DNA of 42,718 nucleotides, taken from positions 1 to 42,718 of the forward strand of contig CAXGMD010000018.1 of the NCBI GenBank assembly GCA_964010765.1, read 5' to 3'. The notes under the pieces are model-generated. The model did not search any database and was not told where the DNA came from. It was given only the letters and a program-made list of their open reading frames with translations. A program made the translations under genes and the position numbers. The number at the start of each line of letters is the position of its first letter. Within the stretch, counting starts at the first letter, position 1. Source of the DNA: an uncultured bacterium (GTDB taxonomy: Bacteria; SAR324; NAC60-12). Shown here one piece after another: positions 18,566 through 28,548 of the stretch.

Positions 18566-19483
18566 GTGGATTACTGGCGGAAATCACCCAAGGTTTTCTG
18601 GTCTTTTGGGATACCCCCCACAATCTGGCTTTTTGCATTCTTCCTTGCGCCGCTTTTTCTGGTATGGGGGCTGAGCTTCGGCGAGAAACAAGGCATCGTT
18701 GAGGTGGCCATCACAGGCACGCTCGAAAACTATTCAAGGGCAGTTCAGCCGCTTTACTTACAGATATTTCTCAAATCTTTCTGGTATGCCGGCCTAACGA
18801 CTTTCTTCTGCTTGGTGATTTCTTTTCCAGTTGCCCTGGCAATCACATTTGCCCCAGAGCGATGGAAGCCGATTCTACTACTCCTTGTGATCCTTCCCTT
18901 TTGGACCAATCTGCTGATCCGTACGTACGCATTGATTGCCGTCCTAAGAACCAACGGCTACCTAAATGATTTGTTGGAACTCATTTGGCTATCTGCTGAT
19001 AGTGGCCTCAGGATACTTGGATTGGGAGATTGGGATCTCTTTGGTGAGAGATTCAATCGTTTTGAACTACTTTACAATAACTTCGCAGTTGTCTACGGGC
19101 TAGTCTATGTTCATCTTCCATTCATGGTTTTACCACTTTACGCAGCTCTAGACCGGATGGATAGAAGTTACATTGAGGCAAGCCTTGACTTAGGTGCTGG
19201 GCAATGGCGGACCTTTCGTTCCGTAATTGTGCCACTGGCATTCCCTGGAATCATCTCTGGAGTGATTATTACCTTCATTCCAGCGCTAGGTTCATACCTG
19301 ACACCAGATCTACTAGGGGGTACGGACAGCCAAATGATAGCAAATGTGATCGAGCGACAGTTCAAATCCGCCAACGATTGGCCTTTTGGAGCTGCGCTCT
19401 CCTTCTTGCTAATGTATCTAACATTCTTCGCACTAGCTGTGAGAGCTCTTTTAACACGTCACAATGGAAAAGGGCTGACGTGA
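18566..19483 (+). CDS. potB: Polyamine ABC permease (PotB/PotH)
   Basis: LPFWTNLLIRTYA, LPFMVLPLY, EASLDLGA (EAA loop), DWPFGAALS. Confidence 0.9.
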   Translation: MDYWRKSPKVFWSFGIPPTIWLFAFFLAPLFLVWGLSFGEKQGIVEVAITGTLENYSRAVQPLYLQIFLKSFWYAGLTTFFCLVISFPVALAITFAPERWKPILLLLVILPFWTNLLIRTYALIAVLRTNGYLNDLLELIWLSADSGLRILGLGDWDLFGERFNRFELLYNNFAVVYGLVYVHLPFMVLPLYAALDRMDRSYIEASLDLGAGQWRTFRSVIVPLAFPGIISGVIITFIPALGSYLTPDLLGGTDSQMIANVIERQFKSANDWPFGAALSFLLMYLTFFALAVRALLTRHNGKGLT

Positions 19484-20334
19484 GTGTTCGTTCAAACAAC
19501 CCGATTGGGCCGCTGGATTATACTCGACGCACATGGATGAGGCTGGTTTTACTTGGAACGTTCATTTTTCTGTATGCTCCGACAGTCACACTTGTTGCCT
19601 TTAGCTTCAACGATAGTCGTCGCAACATTGTTTGGCGAGGATTCACTTTCAAGTACTACGAAAAGGCTTGGAACAACTCCTCCTTAGTAGAAGCGTTTGC
19701 CAACTCACTGACAATTGCCTTCCTGAGTACCCTAATCAGCGTGATACTAGGAACGATGACTGCGATTTTGCTTTGGCGCTTCCGCTTTCCGGGAAAAGCG
19801 GGGTATGAAGGAGCCATGTCCTTACCGATTGTCATCCCCGAAATTTGTATGGGCGTCGCCATGCTGGCTTTCTTTTCTCGCATTGGCTGGCCATCCGGTC
19901 TTCCGTGGCCTCTCAATTTAGGCGCCATCACCATTGCTCACATCTCTTTCAGTTTTCCATTTGTGACCGTAGTGGTTCGAGCCCGGTTAGCAAGCTTTAA
20001 TCGTGAATTAGAAGAAGCAGCGAAGGACCTAGGGGCTGGCGAGTGGCAAGCTTTCAAAGACATCCTCATCCCTCATATGCGACCGGGTCTGATTGCTGGA
20101 GCCCTATTGGCATTTACACTCTCACTTGATGATTTTGTCATCACCTTCTTTACCTCTGGTCCAGACACCATTACCTTCCCAATCAAAATCTACTCGATGA
20201 TCCGCTTCTCTGTAACCCCGGAAGTGAATGCTGCCTCGGCGGTCTTGATTGCCATCACCCTCGTAATGACCACCTTTGCATTGTGGTTTCAAAGCCGCAG
20301 TGGGGGTCAGTCGGGAGGTAGAGCTCATGGCTGA
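19480..20334 (+). CDS. potC: Polyamine ABC permease (PotC/PotI)
   Basis: FLYAP..AFSFN, EEAAKDLGA, FTLSLDDF, TPEVNA. GTG 19480 overlaps the potB stop (GTGA). Confidence 0.9.
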   Translation: MSVRSNNPIGPLDYTRRTWMRLVLLGTFIFLYAPTVTLVAFSFNDSRRNIVWRGFTFKYYEKAWNNSSLVEAFANSLTIAFLSTLISVILGTMTAILLWRFRFPGKAGYEGAMSLPIVIPEICMGVAMLAFFSRIGWPSGLPWPLNLGAITIAHISFSFPFVTVVVRARLASFNRELEEAAKDLGAGEWQAFKDILIPHMRPGLIAGALLAFTLSLDDFVITFFTSGPDTITFPIKIYSMIRFSVTPEVNAASAVLIAITLVMTTFALWFQSRSGGQSGGRAHG

Positions 20335-21415
20335 TCGGCCTGTGATCCTTCAGATCAAGCAAGTCGTTAAGAATTTCGGCAACGTCTATGCTGTCAACGG
20401 GGTAAACCTAAATATTCATGAAGGAGAGTTTTTTGCCCTACTAGGACCGTCAGGTTGCGGAAAGACGACACTGCTTCGAATGTTGGCAGGCTTCGAATTT
20501 CCATCTGAGGGAAGTATCAAGATTGATGGGAAAGAGACCAGAGACATTCCCCCGAACCAGCGTCCAGTCAATATGGTATTTCAGTCGTACGCGGTGTTTC
20601 CACACATGACTGTCTTTGACAATGTAGCTTACGGATTGAAAGTAGCTAAAACACCCCGTGAGGAAGTTAAGAAGCGGGTGCAGGACGCCTTGGCCTTAGT
20701 GAAATTGGATGGCTATGACTTACGTAAACCCGATCAGTTGTCAGGCGGACAACGTCAACGTGTTGCATTAGCCCGTGCACTAGTAAAGCGCCCCAGAGTT
20801 CTGCTTCTGGATGAACCCCTATCTGCACTTGACGCAAAGCTGAGAGAAGCAATGCAACTGGAGTTGGTGAAGTTGCAGAAAGCTGTCGGCATCACATTTG
20901 TGATTGTCACTCATGATCAGGATGAAGCTCTTTCGATGGCTGATCGAATTGCTGTAATGGAGAACGGGGTAGTGAGACAGGTCGCACCTCCAGGAGAACT
21001 TTACGAGTCTCCAAACTGCAGGTTCGTTGCAGACTTTATTGGCCGGATGAACTTATTTTCAGGAATTGTTGAGGGTCAAGAAGATGGAAGCAAACTAGTC
21101 GTGAGTACTGAGCTTCTTGGCAAACTGACGATTCCTCACATTGAAAAGCTGAGTGGTAAGCTTCACCTTGCCGTTCGCCCAGAGAAGCTGAGAATCTCAA
21201 GCGAGATTCTTCCTTCAGCTCACTTTTCTTTCCCTGGGGAAGTCGATGCGGTTGTCTATCATGGAAGTGAGAGCCATGTCTACCTGAAGACCGATGCAGG
21301 TCCTCTGTTATGCGCAACACTCACAAACCTCAGCCGAAGTTCCGTCCGTCCAGAAAAAGGTGAGCGACTTTGGATTGGGTGGGCTCCCGAAGATACCCTT
21401 GTTCTCTCAGAGTAA
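20327..21415 (+). CDS. potA: Polyamine ABC ATPase (PotA/PotG)
   Basis: [31 protein letters not shown]-terminal TOBE. ATG 20327. Confidence 0.92.
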   Translation: MADRPVILQIKQVVKNFGNVYAVNGVNLNIHEGEFFALLGPSGCGKTTLLRMLAGFEFPSEGSIKIDGKETRDIPPNQRPVNMVFQSYAVFPHMTVFDNVAYGLKVAKTPREEVKKRVQDALALVKLDGYDLRKPDQLSGGQRQRVALARALVKRPRVLLLDEPLSALDAKLREAMQLELVKLQKAVGITFVIVTHDQDEALSMADRIAVMENGVVRQVAPPGELYESPNCRFVADFIGRMNLFSGIVEGQEDGSKLVVSTELLGKLTIPHIEKLSGKLHLAVRPEKLRISSEILPSAHFSFPGEVDAVVYHGSESHVYLKTDAGPLLCATLTNLSRSSVRPEKGERLWIGWAPEDTLVLSE

Positions 21416-21462
21416 GCCTTAGGCAAGGTAACTCGATTATCAAATCCATTCCGATTGTTAAG

Positions 21463-22293
21463 TTACAATCGACCAATGCGCCAGTCACCAGAGTAAACGT
21501 TCACTGAGTTTTCTCTCAGAAATCCAAGCAAGGTTAGATCAAATTCTTCAGCTAATTCTATTGCTAGAGAACTTGGGGCTCCAATTCCAACTAGGTTTGG
21601 TATTCCCACCAGAAGTGCCTTCTGCACCAACTCGAAGCTGATTCTGCCGCTCACCAACAAAATCGTATCCTTGGCAGGAACGAATTGCTTATCCAGGCTC
21701 CAGCCAACAACTTTATCAAGCGCGTTGTGCCGGCCAACATCCTCTCGCAAACAAATCAAATTCCCATCGTAGTCGAAAAGTCCTGAAGCGTGGACACCTC
21801 CTGTTCTCTGAAACATATTTTGTGAGCTAGAGAGCTGCTCCAAGAAAGTTCCTAAAGATAGATCCTCTGGCCAGGGCGCCCCTCTAGGTTGACTAATTTG
21901 AAGATTTTTGAGGCTTTGAAGAGACTGACGCCCACAGATTCCACAGCTAGATTGTACATCTGTCTTTCGATTTAGACGGCTCCAGTCCACTTGATTTCCT
22001 GCAGATAGTTCTACAACAATTACATTTTCTGAAACTTCCAGCCTAGGGTCTGTCGATCTTTTCACTGACTGAATCGACTCTATCTCCCTGATTATTCCTT
22101 CTGACCAAAGGAATCCAAGCGCCAATTCTTTGTCATTACCTGGGGTACGCATCGTTGTAGCTACCCGTAGGGTAAAACCTTCTACAGACAACCTAATTTC
22201 AAGGGGTTCTTCAACAGCTACGGCGTCATGAAGGGAGTTTCTGGAACCATCCTTTTGCAGGACTTGGACTTTGAAATCACGGATGGACTTCAC
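21463..22293 (-). CDS. fdhD: Formate dehydrogenase accessory sulfurtransferase
   Basis: VEEPLEI, TMRTPG, SSCGICG, TGGVHA, EDVGRHNALDK, SGRISFELVQKA. Confidence 0.95.
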   Translation of the reverse strand: MKSIRDFKVQVLQKDGSRNSLHDAVAVEEPLEIRLSVEGFTLRVATTMRTPGNDKELALGFLWSEGIIREIESIQSVKRSTDPRLEVSENVIVVELSAGNQVDWSRLNRKTDVQSSCGICGRQSLQSLKNLQISQPRGAPWPEDLSLGTFLEQLSSSQNMFQRTGGVHASGLFDYDGNLICLREDVGRHNALDKVVGWSLDKQFVPAKDTILLVSGRISFELVQKALLVGIPNLVGIGAPSSLAIELAEEFDLTLLGFLRENSVNVYSGDWRIGRL

Positions 22294-22345
22294 AGGTTTG
22301 GAGAGAAGAAGTGAATAGAAAATGAGAGATATGGGATTTCTAAAG

Positions 22346-22912
22346 TTACCAGTTCAGTCGAAGACCAACTGCACCTTGTATTTCACCATAGCTAGTCCCT
22401 GGCAGAAACAACTGGGCGACGTCTAAACCAACAAACCATACCAGATTCGTTGGGATCGCCTCCATAGATCCATTCCAACCCATGTGAAAAATGGTCGTTG
22501 AAGCCGGCTCTCCCTTCTCATTCTCCGCTTTTGCAGCCGCATTCCATCTCAAATGCCTGAGTGAAATTTGAGCTCCTTTCCCCACAGGGTCTCGCCATTG
22601 GTCATGAAGGACTAGCTCCAGACCTTGGCCAGATGATAAAAGGAAATGATCCCCAAGTTTGCTGTCAGTACCCAGACTGGCCTGCGGAACAAACAGCACT
22701 AAACTTTGCAGATATCGTTGTGGGCCACCATCCTCACGGTCCATCAGGTAAATTCCCAAACCAGTAGCAATGCTAGTGTAGGAACTGCCACGATTGCCAA
22801 ACGTTTGATAGCTGTAAAGCTCAGGTTGGACTGAGTTCTGTGCGACAACATTTGAGGGGAGCAATCCCAAAAGGATCAGGCCCCAACAAAATCTTAATAA
22901 ATTTAACTTCAT
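22346..22912 (-). CDS. Hypothetical exported protein, possible small outer-membrane beta-barrel
   Basis: Signal peptide (..VVA/QN); amphipathic beta segments; C-terminus GAVGLRLNW ending in an aromatic residue. Confidence 0.65.
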   Translation of the reverse strand: MKLNLLRFCWGLILLGLLPSNVVAQNSVQPELYSYQTFGNRGSSYTSIATGLGIYLMDREDGGPQRYLQSLVLFVPQASLGTDSKLGDHFLLSSGQGLELVLHDQWRDPVGKGAQISLRHLRWNAAAKAENEKGEPASTTIFHMGWNGSMEAIPTNLVWFVGLDVAQLFLPGTSYGEIQGAVGLRLNW

Positions 22913-22922
22913 TGCCAGTTAA

Positions 22923-25418
22923 TCATCTTCCATGAAGTAAGGGGTGGACATTCCAAATCTGGGTTGCATATTCCCTGATCGTACGATCACTTGAAAATTT
23001 GCCAACTTTGGCAGTATTTGCAATCGACATCTGAGTCCAGGTAGGAACATCTTGATAAGTTTTTCCGACTAACTCTTGACAAGCAGTGTAAGAATCAAAA
23101 TCTGCAAGAAGTAAATAATGATCATTATAAATGAGAGAATCAATGAGATCCCGATATCGTTGAGGCTCTTGGGGATTGAAAAAACCAGATCCAATAAGAT
23201 CTAACACATTCTTTACTCGGTGATTTTCATTGTAGATCTGCTGGGGATCATAGCCAGTTGCTCTCAATTGCTGAACATCATTTGCCTTCATACCAAAAGT
23301 AAAAATATTCTCCGATCCAACTTCCTCTCCAATTTCGATTGTTGCACCGTCGTGGGTTCCGAGCAGAATGCAACCGTTCAAAGAAAACTTCATATTACTT
23401 GTGCCTGATGCCTCTGTCCCTGCTGTAGAAATATGTTCTGAGACCTCGCTGGCCGCGATGATTTTTTCCGAGTTGGACACACCATAATTGGTCACAAAGA
23501 GAACTCGAAGCCTGTCCTCAATCTCAGCATCCATATTAACTTTTGCTGCCACGTCATTGATCAAGCGAATAATTTGCTTCGCCATGTAGTAACCAGGTGC
23601 AGCCTTCCCTCCAAACAAAAAGGTTCGCTTGGGAACATTCATTTTTGGGTTGTTTTTCAACTGATGGTACAGATGAACCACATGAAGGATATTGAGCAAC
23701 TGACGCTTATATTCATGAATCCGTTTGACCTGGACATCAAAGAGAGAATCAACTGCCAGTTCAACTCTGTGAGTTGCTACAATCCACTCACAAAGTTGCT
23801 TTTTTTTCAGTTTCTTTACCTCTTGCCATTGATGTTGAAAACTTTCTGTTGAAGCCAAATCCAACAAATTTTCCAGCTTATCCAGATCTGTGATCCAGTC
23901 ACTGCCAATATGATCATTGATTAGCTCTGCTAACTCAGGATTCGCACAACGTAACCAAAGCCTCGGGGTAATTCCATTGGTCTTGTTCTGAAACCTCTCT
24001 GGGAACAAATTGTAAAAGTCTCTAAAGATTGTCTCCTTAAGCAGTTCGGTATGCAGCACCGCTACTCCATTTGTTGTGTGGCTGCCAACAATCGATAGAA
24101 AAGGCATCCGTACTTGCTTTTCCCAACCTTCTTCAATCATGGAGACTCTTGATAGTAAACCAGGGTCTTTGGGATTTTTGTGTCTTACCTGCTGAAGAAA
24201 TCGATCATTGATCTGATAGATCAGTTCCATGTGTCTTGGAAGCAAGTTGTTGAGCAATTCAACAGACCAACGCTCAAGAGCTTCCGGCAATACCGTATGA
24301 TTCGTATAAGCAAAGGTTTGACGGCATATTTGCCAAGCTTCATCCCATTCTAACCCCTCCTCGTCAATCAAGAGTCGCATCAGTTCCGGGATTGCAATTG
24401 AAGGATGCGTATCGTTAAGTTGAATTGCCATATGATCTGGGAAGGCTCCCCAGGACTGATTGCGGTCCTTAAAGCGAACAATCATGTCCTGCAGGGAAGC
24501 TGACACGAAGAAATATTGCTGCTTTAGCCGCAGTTCCTTTCCACTGAATGCTTGGTCATTCGGATACAAAACCTTGGAGATTGTTTCTACTCGCTGTTTG
24601 TCCATCACAGCTTGTAAATAATCTCCCCGATTGAAGCTCGCCAAATCAAAATCTCGAACAGCCCTAGCAGACCAAAGTCTTAGAACATTCACAGTCTCAT
24701 TGGCGTAGCCACTGACTGGCACGTCAAAAGCCACTGCTCTCGCTTGTTCTGCTTCCACCCAACGACGTTTTGATCTTCCCTGTTCATCAGTTTCATCAAT
24801 CACTCTCCCATAAAAACGGACCGGGTAATTGATGTGTGGTCGACGAATTTCCCAAGGATAACCATTTTCCAGCCAACCATCGGGAAATTCGATTTGTTGT
24901 CCATTCTCAAATTTTTGCTGAAAAATCCCATACTCATAGCGAATACCGTAGCCAAAAGCAGGCAACTGCAGGGTTGCCATGGAGTCAAGAAAACAAGCCG
25001 CTAAACGTCCAAGACCTCCATTACCCAAACCTGCATCTCGCTCGCACTCCTCAATCTCTATGAGGCTTACGCCTAGTTGCTCCATTACCTTCTGGCAGAC
25101 ATCATAGATCCCTAGGTTAACAAGATTGTTGCGAAGACTTCGACCAATCAGATATTCAAGGGACAAATAATTGACTTGTTTGGCCTCAGATTTTTCATAT
25201 CGCTGTTGGGTTTCATTAAGTTGCCAGATCAGTCGGTCTCGAACAGTTCGAGCCAAAGCTTCAAACAAATCTGTTTTGGTTGCTCGCTCTGGAATTTCGC
25301 AAATCACGAATTCAAGATTTTTTACAACAGACTCCAGAATAGTATTGGAGTCCATTTTTTGTTGTGATTGTGCGATATAGTCCAAAAGACTTTGATTTTC
25401 AGATGTCAGATTCAACAC
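22923..25418 (-). CDS. glgP: Glycogen/maltodextrin phosphorylase
   Basis: GLGNGGLGRLAACF, QLNDTHP, QVKRIHEYKRQ, EASGTSNMKF (PLP Lys). GTG start with AAGGAG RBS. Confidence 0.97.
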   Translation of the reverse strand: MLNLTSENQSLLDYIAQSQQKMDSNTILESVVKNLEFVICEIPERATKTDLFEALARTVRDRLIWQLNETQQRYEKSEAKQVNYLSLEYLIGRSLRNNLVNLGIYDVCQKVMEQLGVSLIEIEECERDAGLGNGGLGRLAACFLDSMATLQLPAFGYGIRYEYGIFQQKFENGQQIEFPDGWLENGYPWEIRRPHINYPVRFYGRVIDETDEQGRSKRRWVEAEQARAVAFDVPVSGYANETVNVLRLWSARAVRDFDLASFNRGDYLQAVMDKQRVETISKVLYPNDQAFSGKELRLKQQYFFVSASLQDMIVRFKDRNQSWGAFPDHMAIQLNDTHPSIAIPELMRLLIDEEGLEWDEAWQICRQTFAYTNHTVLPEALERWSVELLNNLLPRHMELIYQINDRFLQQVRHKNPKDPGLLSRVSMIEEGWEKQVRMPFLSIVGSHTTNGVAVLHTELLKETIFRDFYNLFPERFQNKTNGITPRLWLRCANPELAELINDHIGSDWITDLDKLENLLDLASTESFQHQWQEVKKLKKKQLCEWIVATHRVELAVDSLFDVQVKRIHEYKRQLLNILHVVHLYHQLKNNPKMNVPKRTFLFGGKAAPGYYMAKQIIRLINDVAAKVNMDAEIEDRLRVLFVTNYGVSNSEKIIAASEVSEHISTAGTEASGTSNMKFSLNGCILLGTHDGATIEIGEEVGSENIFTFGMKANDVQQLRATGYDPQQIYNENHRVKNVLDLIGSGFFNPQEPQRYRDLIDSLIYNDHYLLLADFDSYTACQELVGKTYQDVPTWTQMSIANTAKVGKFSSDRTIREYATQIWNVHPLLHGR

Positions 25419-25607
25419 TCAGCTCCTTCACAGCATTTTTTCATAAAGTTTCGTAGGACCATTGATTCAATTTTTTCAGTAATTTTTTTTTCATTCCTGT
25501 AAAGAGGCAAAAAAATAAAGAGAACTTTTCTGAAAAGCTAAAGATTTTGTTCAAAGAGTCGATAATACCCCTAGAACAAAAATCTTCAGCATTCACAGGA
25601 GAAATTC

Positions 25608-26030
25608 ATGAAGTTAAAAAATCTGATCTTAGCCATCACAACGATAGGTTTTTTGTCATCCGGGTGCAGCACCATTCAAGAAATTGTTGGGGACGGCAAT
25701 ACTTTGATAGCTGGTCCTTGCGCAGATTTGAAAATTGATGAGGCGTTCTTTCTGCATGAGGAAGCAAAAAGCGGTTTTGCCAAGTATCTGAATACACGGG
25801 AAGATCATCTCCTCTTCGATGCCTTTTACACAGCCAGTGATTCAAGATCTGTTGCGCAGTCAGTTAGCCAATGCTGGGATCGCAGAGTTTCTCACTACAA
25901 CGCCATGAAGAATCTTGAGGAATTGAATAATGACCTTGCGCGCATCCTAATCAGAAATATGCCAGATGAGGATCCGGGCCAAATGGTCTCAGTGTACCGT
26001 GATAAATACACTCGTTTGATGCACCGCTAA
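25608..26030 (+). CDS. Hypothetical lipoprotein
   Basis: Lipobox LSSG-C at residue 20; AGGAG RBS; helical mature part. Confidence 0.8.
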   Translation: MKLKNLILAITTIGFLSSGCSTIQEIVGDGNTLIAGPCADLKIDEAFFLHEEAKSGFAKYLNTREDHLLFDAFYTASDSRSVAQSVSQCWDRRVSHYNAMKNLEELNNDLARILIRNMPDEDPGQMVSVYRDKYTRLMHR

Positions 26031-26039
26031 CCGTAACAA

Positions 26040-26825
26040 ATGCCTAGCGCCTCACCCTCCATTTTCTCCGAAATCAGAGTCAATTTTCGGCAGAGTATAA
26101 CTGGCGTAGGACGCGCCACATTGCTTCTGCTGGAAGCCTTATCCGCCCTTTTCTCGCCTCCCTTTCGCTTCAAACTTTTCCTCAAGCAAATGGAATTCAT
26201 CGGCAACAAGTCGCTCTGGATTACCATTCTCACTGGAACGTTCACTGGAATGGTGCTTACCATTCAGTCCTACTTCGCCTTAAAAACCTTTGGTTCTGAA
26301 AGCATTGTGGGGGGAATGGTCGCTGTCAGTATGACCAGAGAGTTGGGGCCGGTTCTAACTGCCTTGATGGTCAATGCAAGAGCCGGCTCAGCGATTGCTG
26401 CTGAACTCGGCACTATGCGGGTCACAGAGCAGATTGATGCGTTGCAATCTCTAGCAGTCAACCCAGTCCAGTATCTTGTAACTCCCAGAATACTAGCAGG
26501 TTTGGTGATGCTGCCAAGTCTGACGATGGTAGCGAATTTTACTGGTATACTAGGTTCATATCTGGTTGGAGTCTTGTTACTCGGAGTAGATTCTGGAATT
26601 TTTCTCTCCAAAATTGAATCCTTTGTAGTACTGCGAGATATCTGGGGTAGCCTCATTAAGGCAGCCATCTTTGGAGTAGTTCTCACTCATGTTGGTTGCT
26701 ACAAGGGTTTCTTCACTGAAAACGGGGCTGAAGGAGTTGGTCGAGCCACAACAGAAGCCGTGAGCTTCTCTGCAGTGTTTATTCTCTTCTCAGACTATAT
26801 CTTCACCTCCTTTTGGCAGCGTTGA
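26040..26825 (+). CDS. mlaE: MlaE-family ABC permease
   Basis: RELGPVLTALMVNARAGSAIAAELGTMRVTEQIDAL, GAEGVGRATT. Confidence 0.95.
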   Translation: MPSASPSIFSEIRVNFRQSITGVGRATLLLLEALSALFSPPFRFKLFLKQMEFIGNKSLWITILTGTFTGMVLTIQSYFALKTFGSESIVGGMVAVSMTRELGPVLTALMVNARAGSAIAAELGTMRVTEQIDALQSLAVNPVQYLVTPRILAGLVMLPSLTMVANFTGILGSYLVGVLLLGVDSGIFLSKIESFVVLRDIWGSLIKAAIFGVVLTHVGCYKGFFTENGAEGVGRATTEAVSFSAVFILFSDYIFTSFWQR

Positions 26826-26985
26826 GCCAACTTCAGTGACGTCCCCATCCTCCGATCCAATGCTTTAAAATCCTAAATCGCATCATTTGGAACTTCTCTA
26901 AACATTCTGATCTGGACGGTTGATTAAAATTCTCTATATTCAAATCATTTGAATCAAGAATACAAATCTCCCAGTTAAATCACTA

Positions 26986-28425
26986 ATGCCAGATCTCCTC
27001 CAAGTTTCGATGCCCCAGGTCTGGGCAGATAATCTACGTTCCGAATTGATGAAGCGACTTGAAAATCGACACACCTCTATCGAGTTGCTCACGCATGGCC
27101 CCGATAGACCACCTGCTCAAAACGCTGCGGTAATCTGGCTTTGGTATGAAGAGGATTTTGGAACGGAAAAGCGACCCGCCAGTGGAATGAAAATTTATTC
27201 CCGATCCCGGGTCATGAGGCTTCCCAAGAAAATGGATTCTGAAGCTGAACTGTGGTTGCAACGTTTAAAACAGCTCGAAAAAGATATACAAACTCAGCGG
27301 AATGACCTGGAGTTTCAGAAATTCTGCTATCGATGCGTAAATTTCTTCAGAAGGAATGAGCAACACTGGCAACAACAGTTAGTCTTACAATCAATCCTCA
27401 AAAGAGTAGAACCATTTGAGGATCTTTACATTGAAGGACTGAGAGGAGCTCTGGATAAGGCAATTTCAGCAGCGACAGGAGTCAGTCTTCTTGAAGATGT
27501 GATGCGAACATTAGTAAATGTGCTGATCATTGATAATCTTGGTTCCAAGTTGCCAAGCAAGTTAGGCGGCCTTGGCTACAACAGCCAGCGTATTAAGACC
27601 ATGACGCTCAACCAACTGCAACATTTGCAGAGGAAAATCGATCCAGATGCTCAACAGATCGATCTTCGAAAAGTCCCAACAAGTCTTTTTCAACATCCTG
27701 ACATGAAAAAGTATGACTTGGTGTTGATTAATCCATGGCGATTTGAAGGAGATAAACTCCCTATTTTGATCTTGGTGCGTACAACAGGAAATCTTAGTAG
27801 AAAAGAGGAAAAATCACTCGCCAAGCAGCCTCAAAATCTTCAACGAATTGAGGAAGCTAAGCAGCACTTGAAAGACCTGCAAGAACAGATTGACCCAATT
27901 CAGGTTGAATTAGACCTCATTGAGGCTGATGACTTTAGCAATGAGAATCAGCAAGAAGTTGAGCATTATCAGCATCTTCTTAAGTCCAAAAAGCAATTAC
28001 TTGAAACAATCCGCCAGATAGAATCATTGATTCAGGAATTGACAAAACCAATTGATCCCAAGAGAAAAACTCATCTCCAACTACTCAATCTGATGAACTG
28101 CTATAGCATTGAGGAAGGCATTGCGGAGAAAGCCACATCCTTGCTGAAACGAGCGTTCACACTAGAAAACAAGCGAAGTCAGGAGGGTATTCAAGAAGAT
28201 ATTAAAAGACTGTCTGTGTTCCTACGACAACATGTCAAGATCGTGGATGCGCTGGAGCATATCCAAAGTGAGATGAATAAGCTTGAGAGCAATCTCCAGA
28301 ATTTAATCACAGAAAAAGATTCAGACGCCACAACTCCATGGCGAAGGCCATTCCTAGAATATCAATTAGACAATTTGGAATATTGCATTCTCAAGGAACA
28401 ACTGACTGAGCTTGCTAAATCCTAA
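26986..28425 (+). CDS. Hypothetical coiled-coil protein with a possible degenerate receiver domain
   Basis: 479-aa Q/E/K/L-rich ORF; VNVLIIDN...GY...YDLVLIN...LPILIL pattern. Confidence 0.7.
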   Translation: MPDLLQVSMPQVWADNLRSELMKRLENRHTSIELLTHGPDRPPAQNAAVIWLWYEEDFGTEKRPASGMKIYSRSRVMRLPKKMDSEAELWLQRLKQLEKDIQTQRNDLEFQKFCYRCVNFFRRNEQHWQQQLVLQSILKRVEPFEDLYIEGLRGALDKAISAATGVSLLEDVMRTLVNVLIIDNLGSKLPSKLGGLGYNSQRIKTMTLNQLQHLQRKIDPDAQQIDLRKVPTSLFQHPDMKKYDLVLINPWRFEGDKLPILILVRTTGNLSRKEEKSLAKQPQNLQRIEEAKQHLKDLQEQIDPIQVELDLIEADDFSNENQQEVEHYQHLLKSKKQLLETIRQIESLIQELTKPIDPKRKTHLQLLNLMNCYSIEEGIAEKATSLLKRAFTLENKRSQEGIQEDIKRLSVFLRQHVKIVDALEHIQSEMNKLESNLQNLITEKDSDATTPWRRPFLEYQLDNLEYCILKEQLTELAKS

Positions 28426-28548
28426 AAATTGATATGTTCTCATTTTAATCTCCTGACATTATCATCAGAAATCATTCACTGAGTCCAAAAATCTCATTCA
28501 ATTTTTTAAGCAATTATCCCCAAAGCCTGATTCAAAATAAGCAAAACG

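Noticed and set aside
19204..19479. N-terminal extension of potC, and similar extensions of potA (20276), modC (29886), rlmI (13539) and sucA (5489)
   Set aside because: They overlap upstream genes or lack homology; downstream starts with stop-start coupling or better family agreement fit better.
28426..28548. ModE box or Moco riboswitch upstream of modA
   Set aside because: No recognisable consensus or stable structure in this AT-rich spacer.
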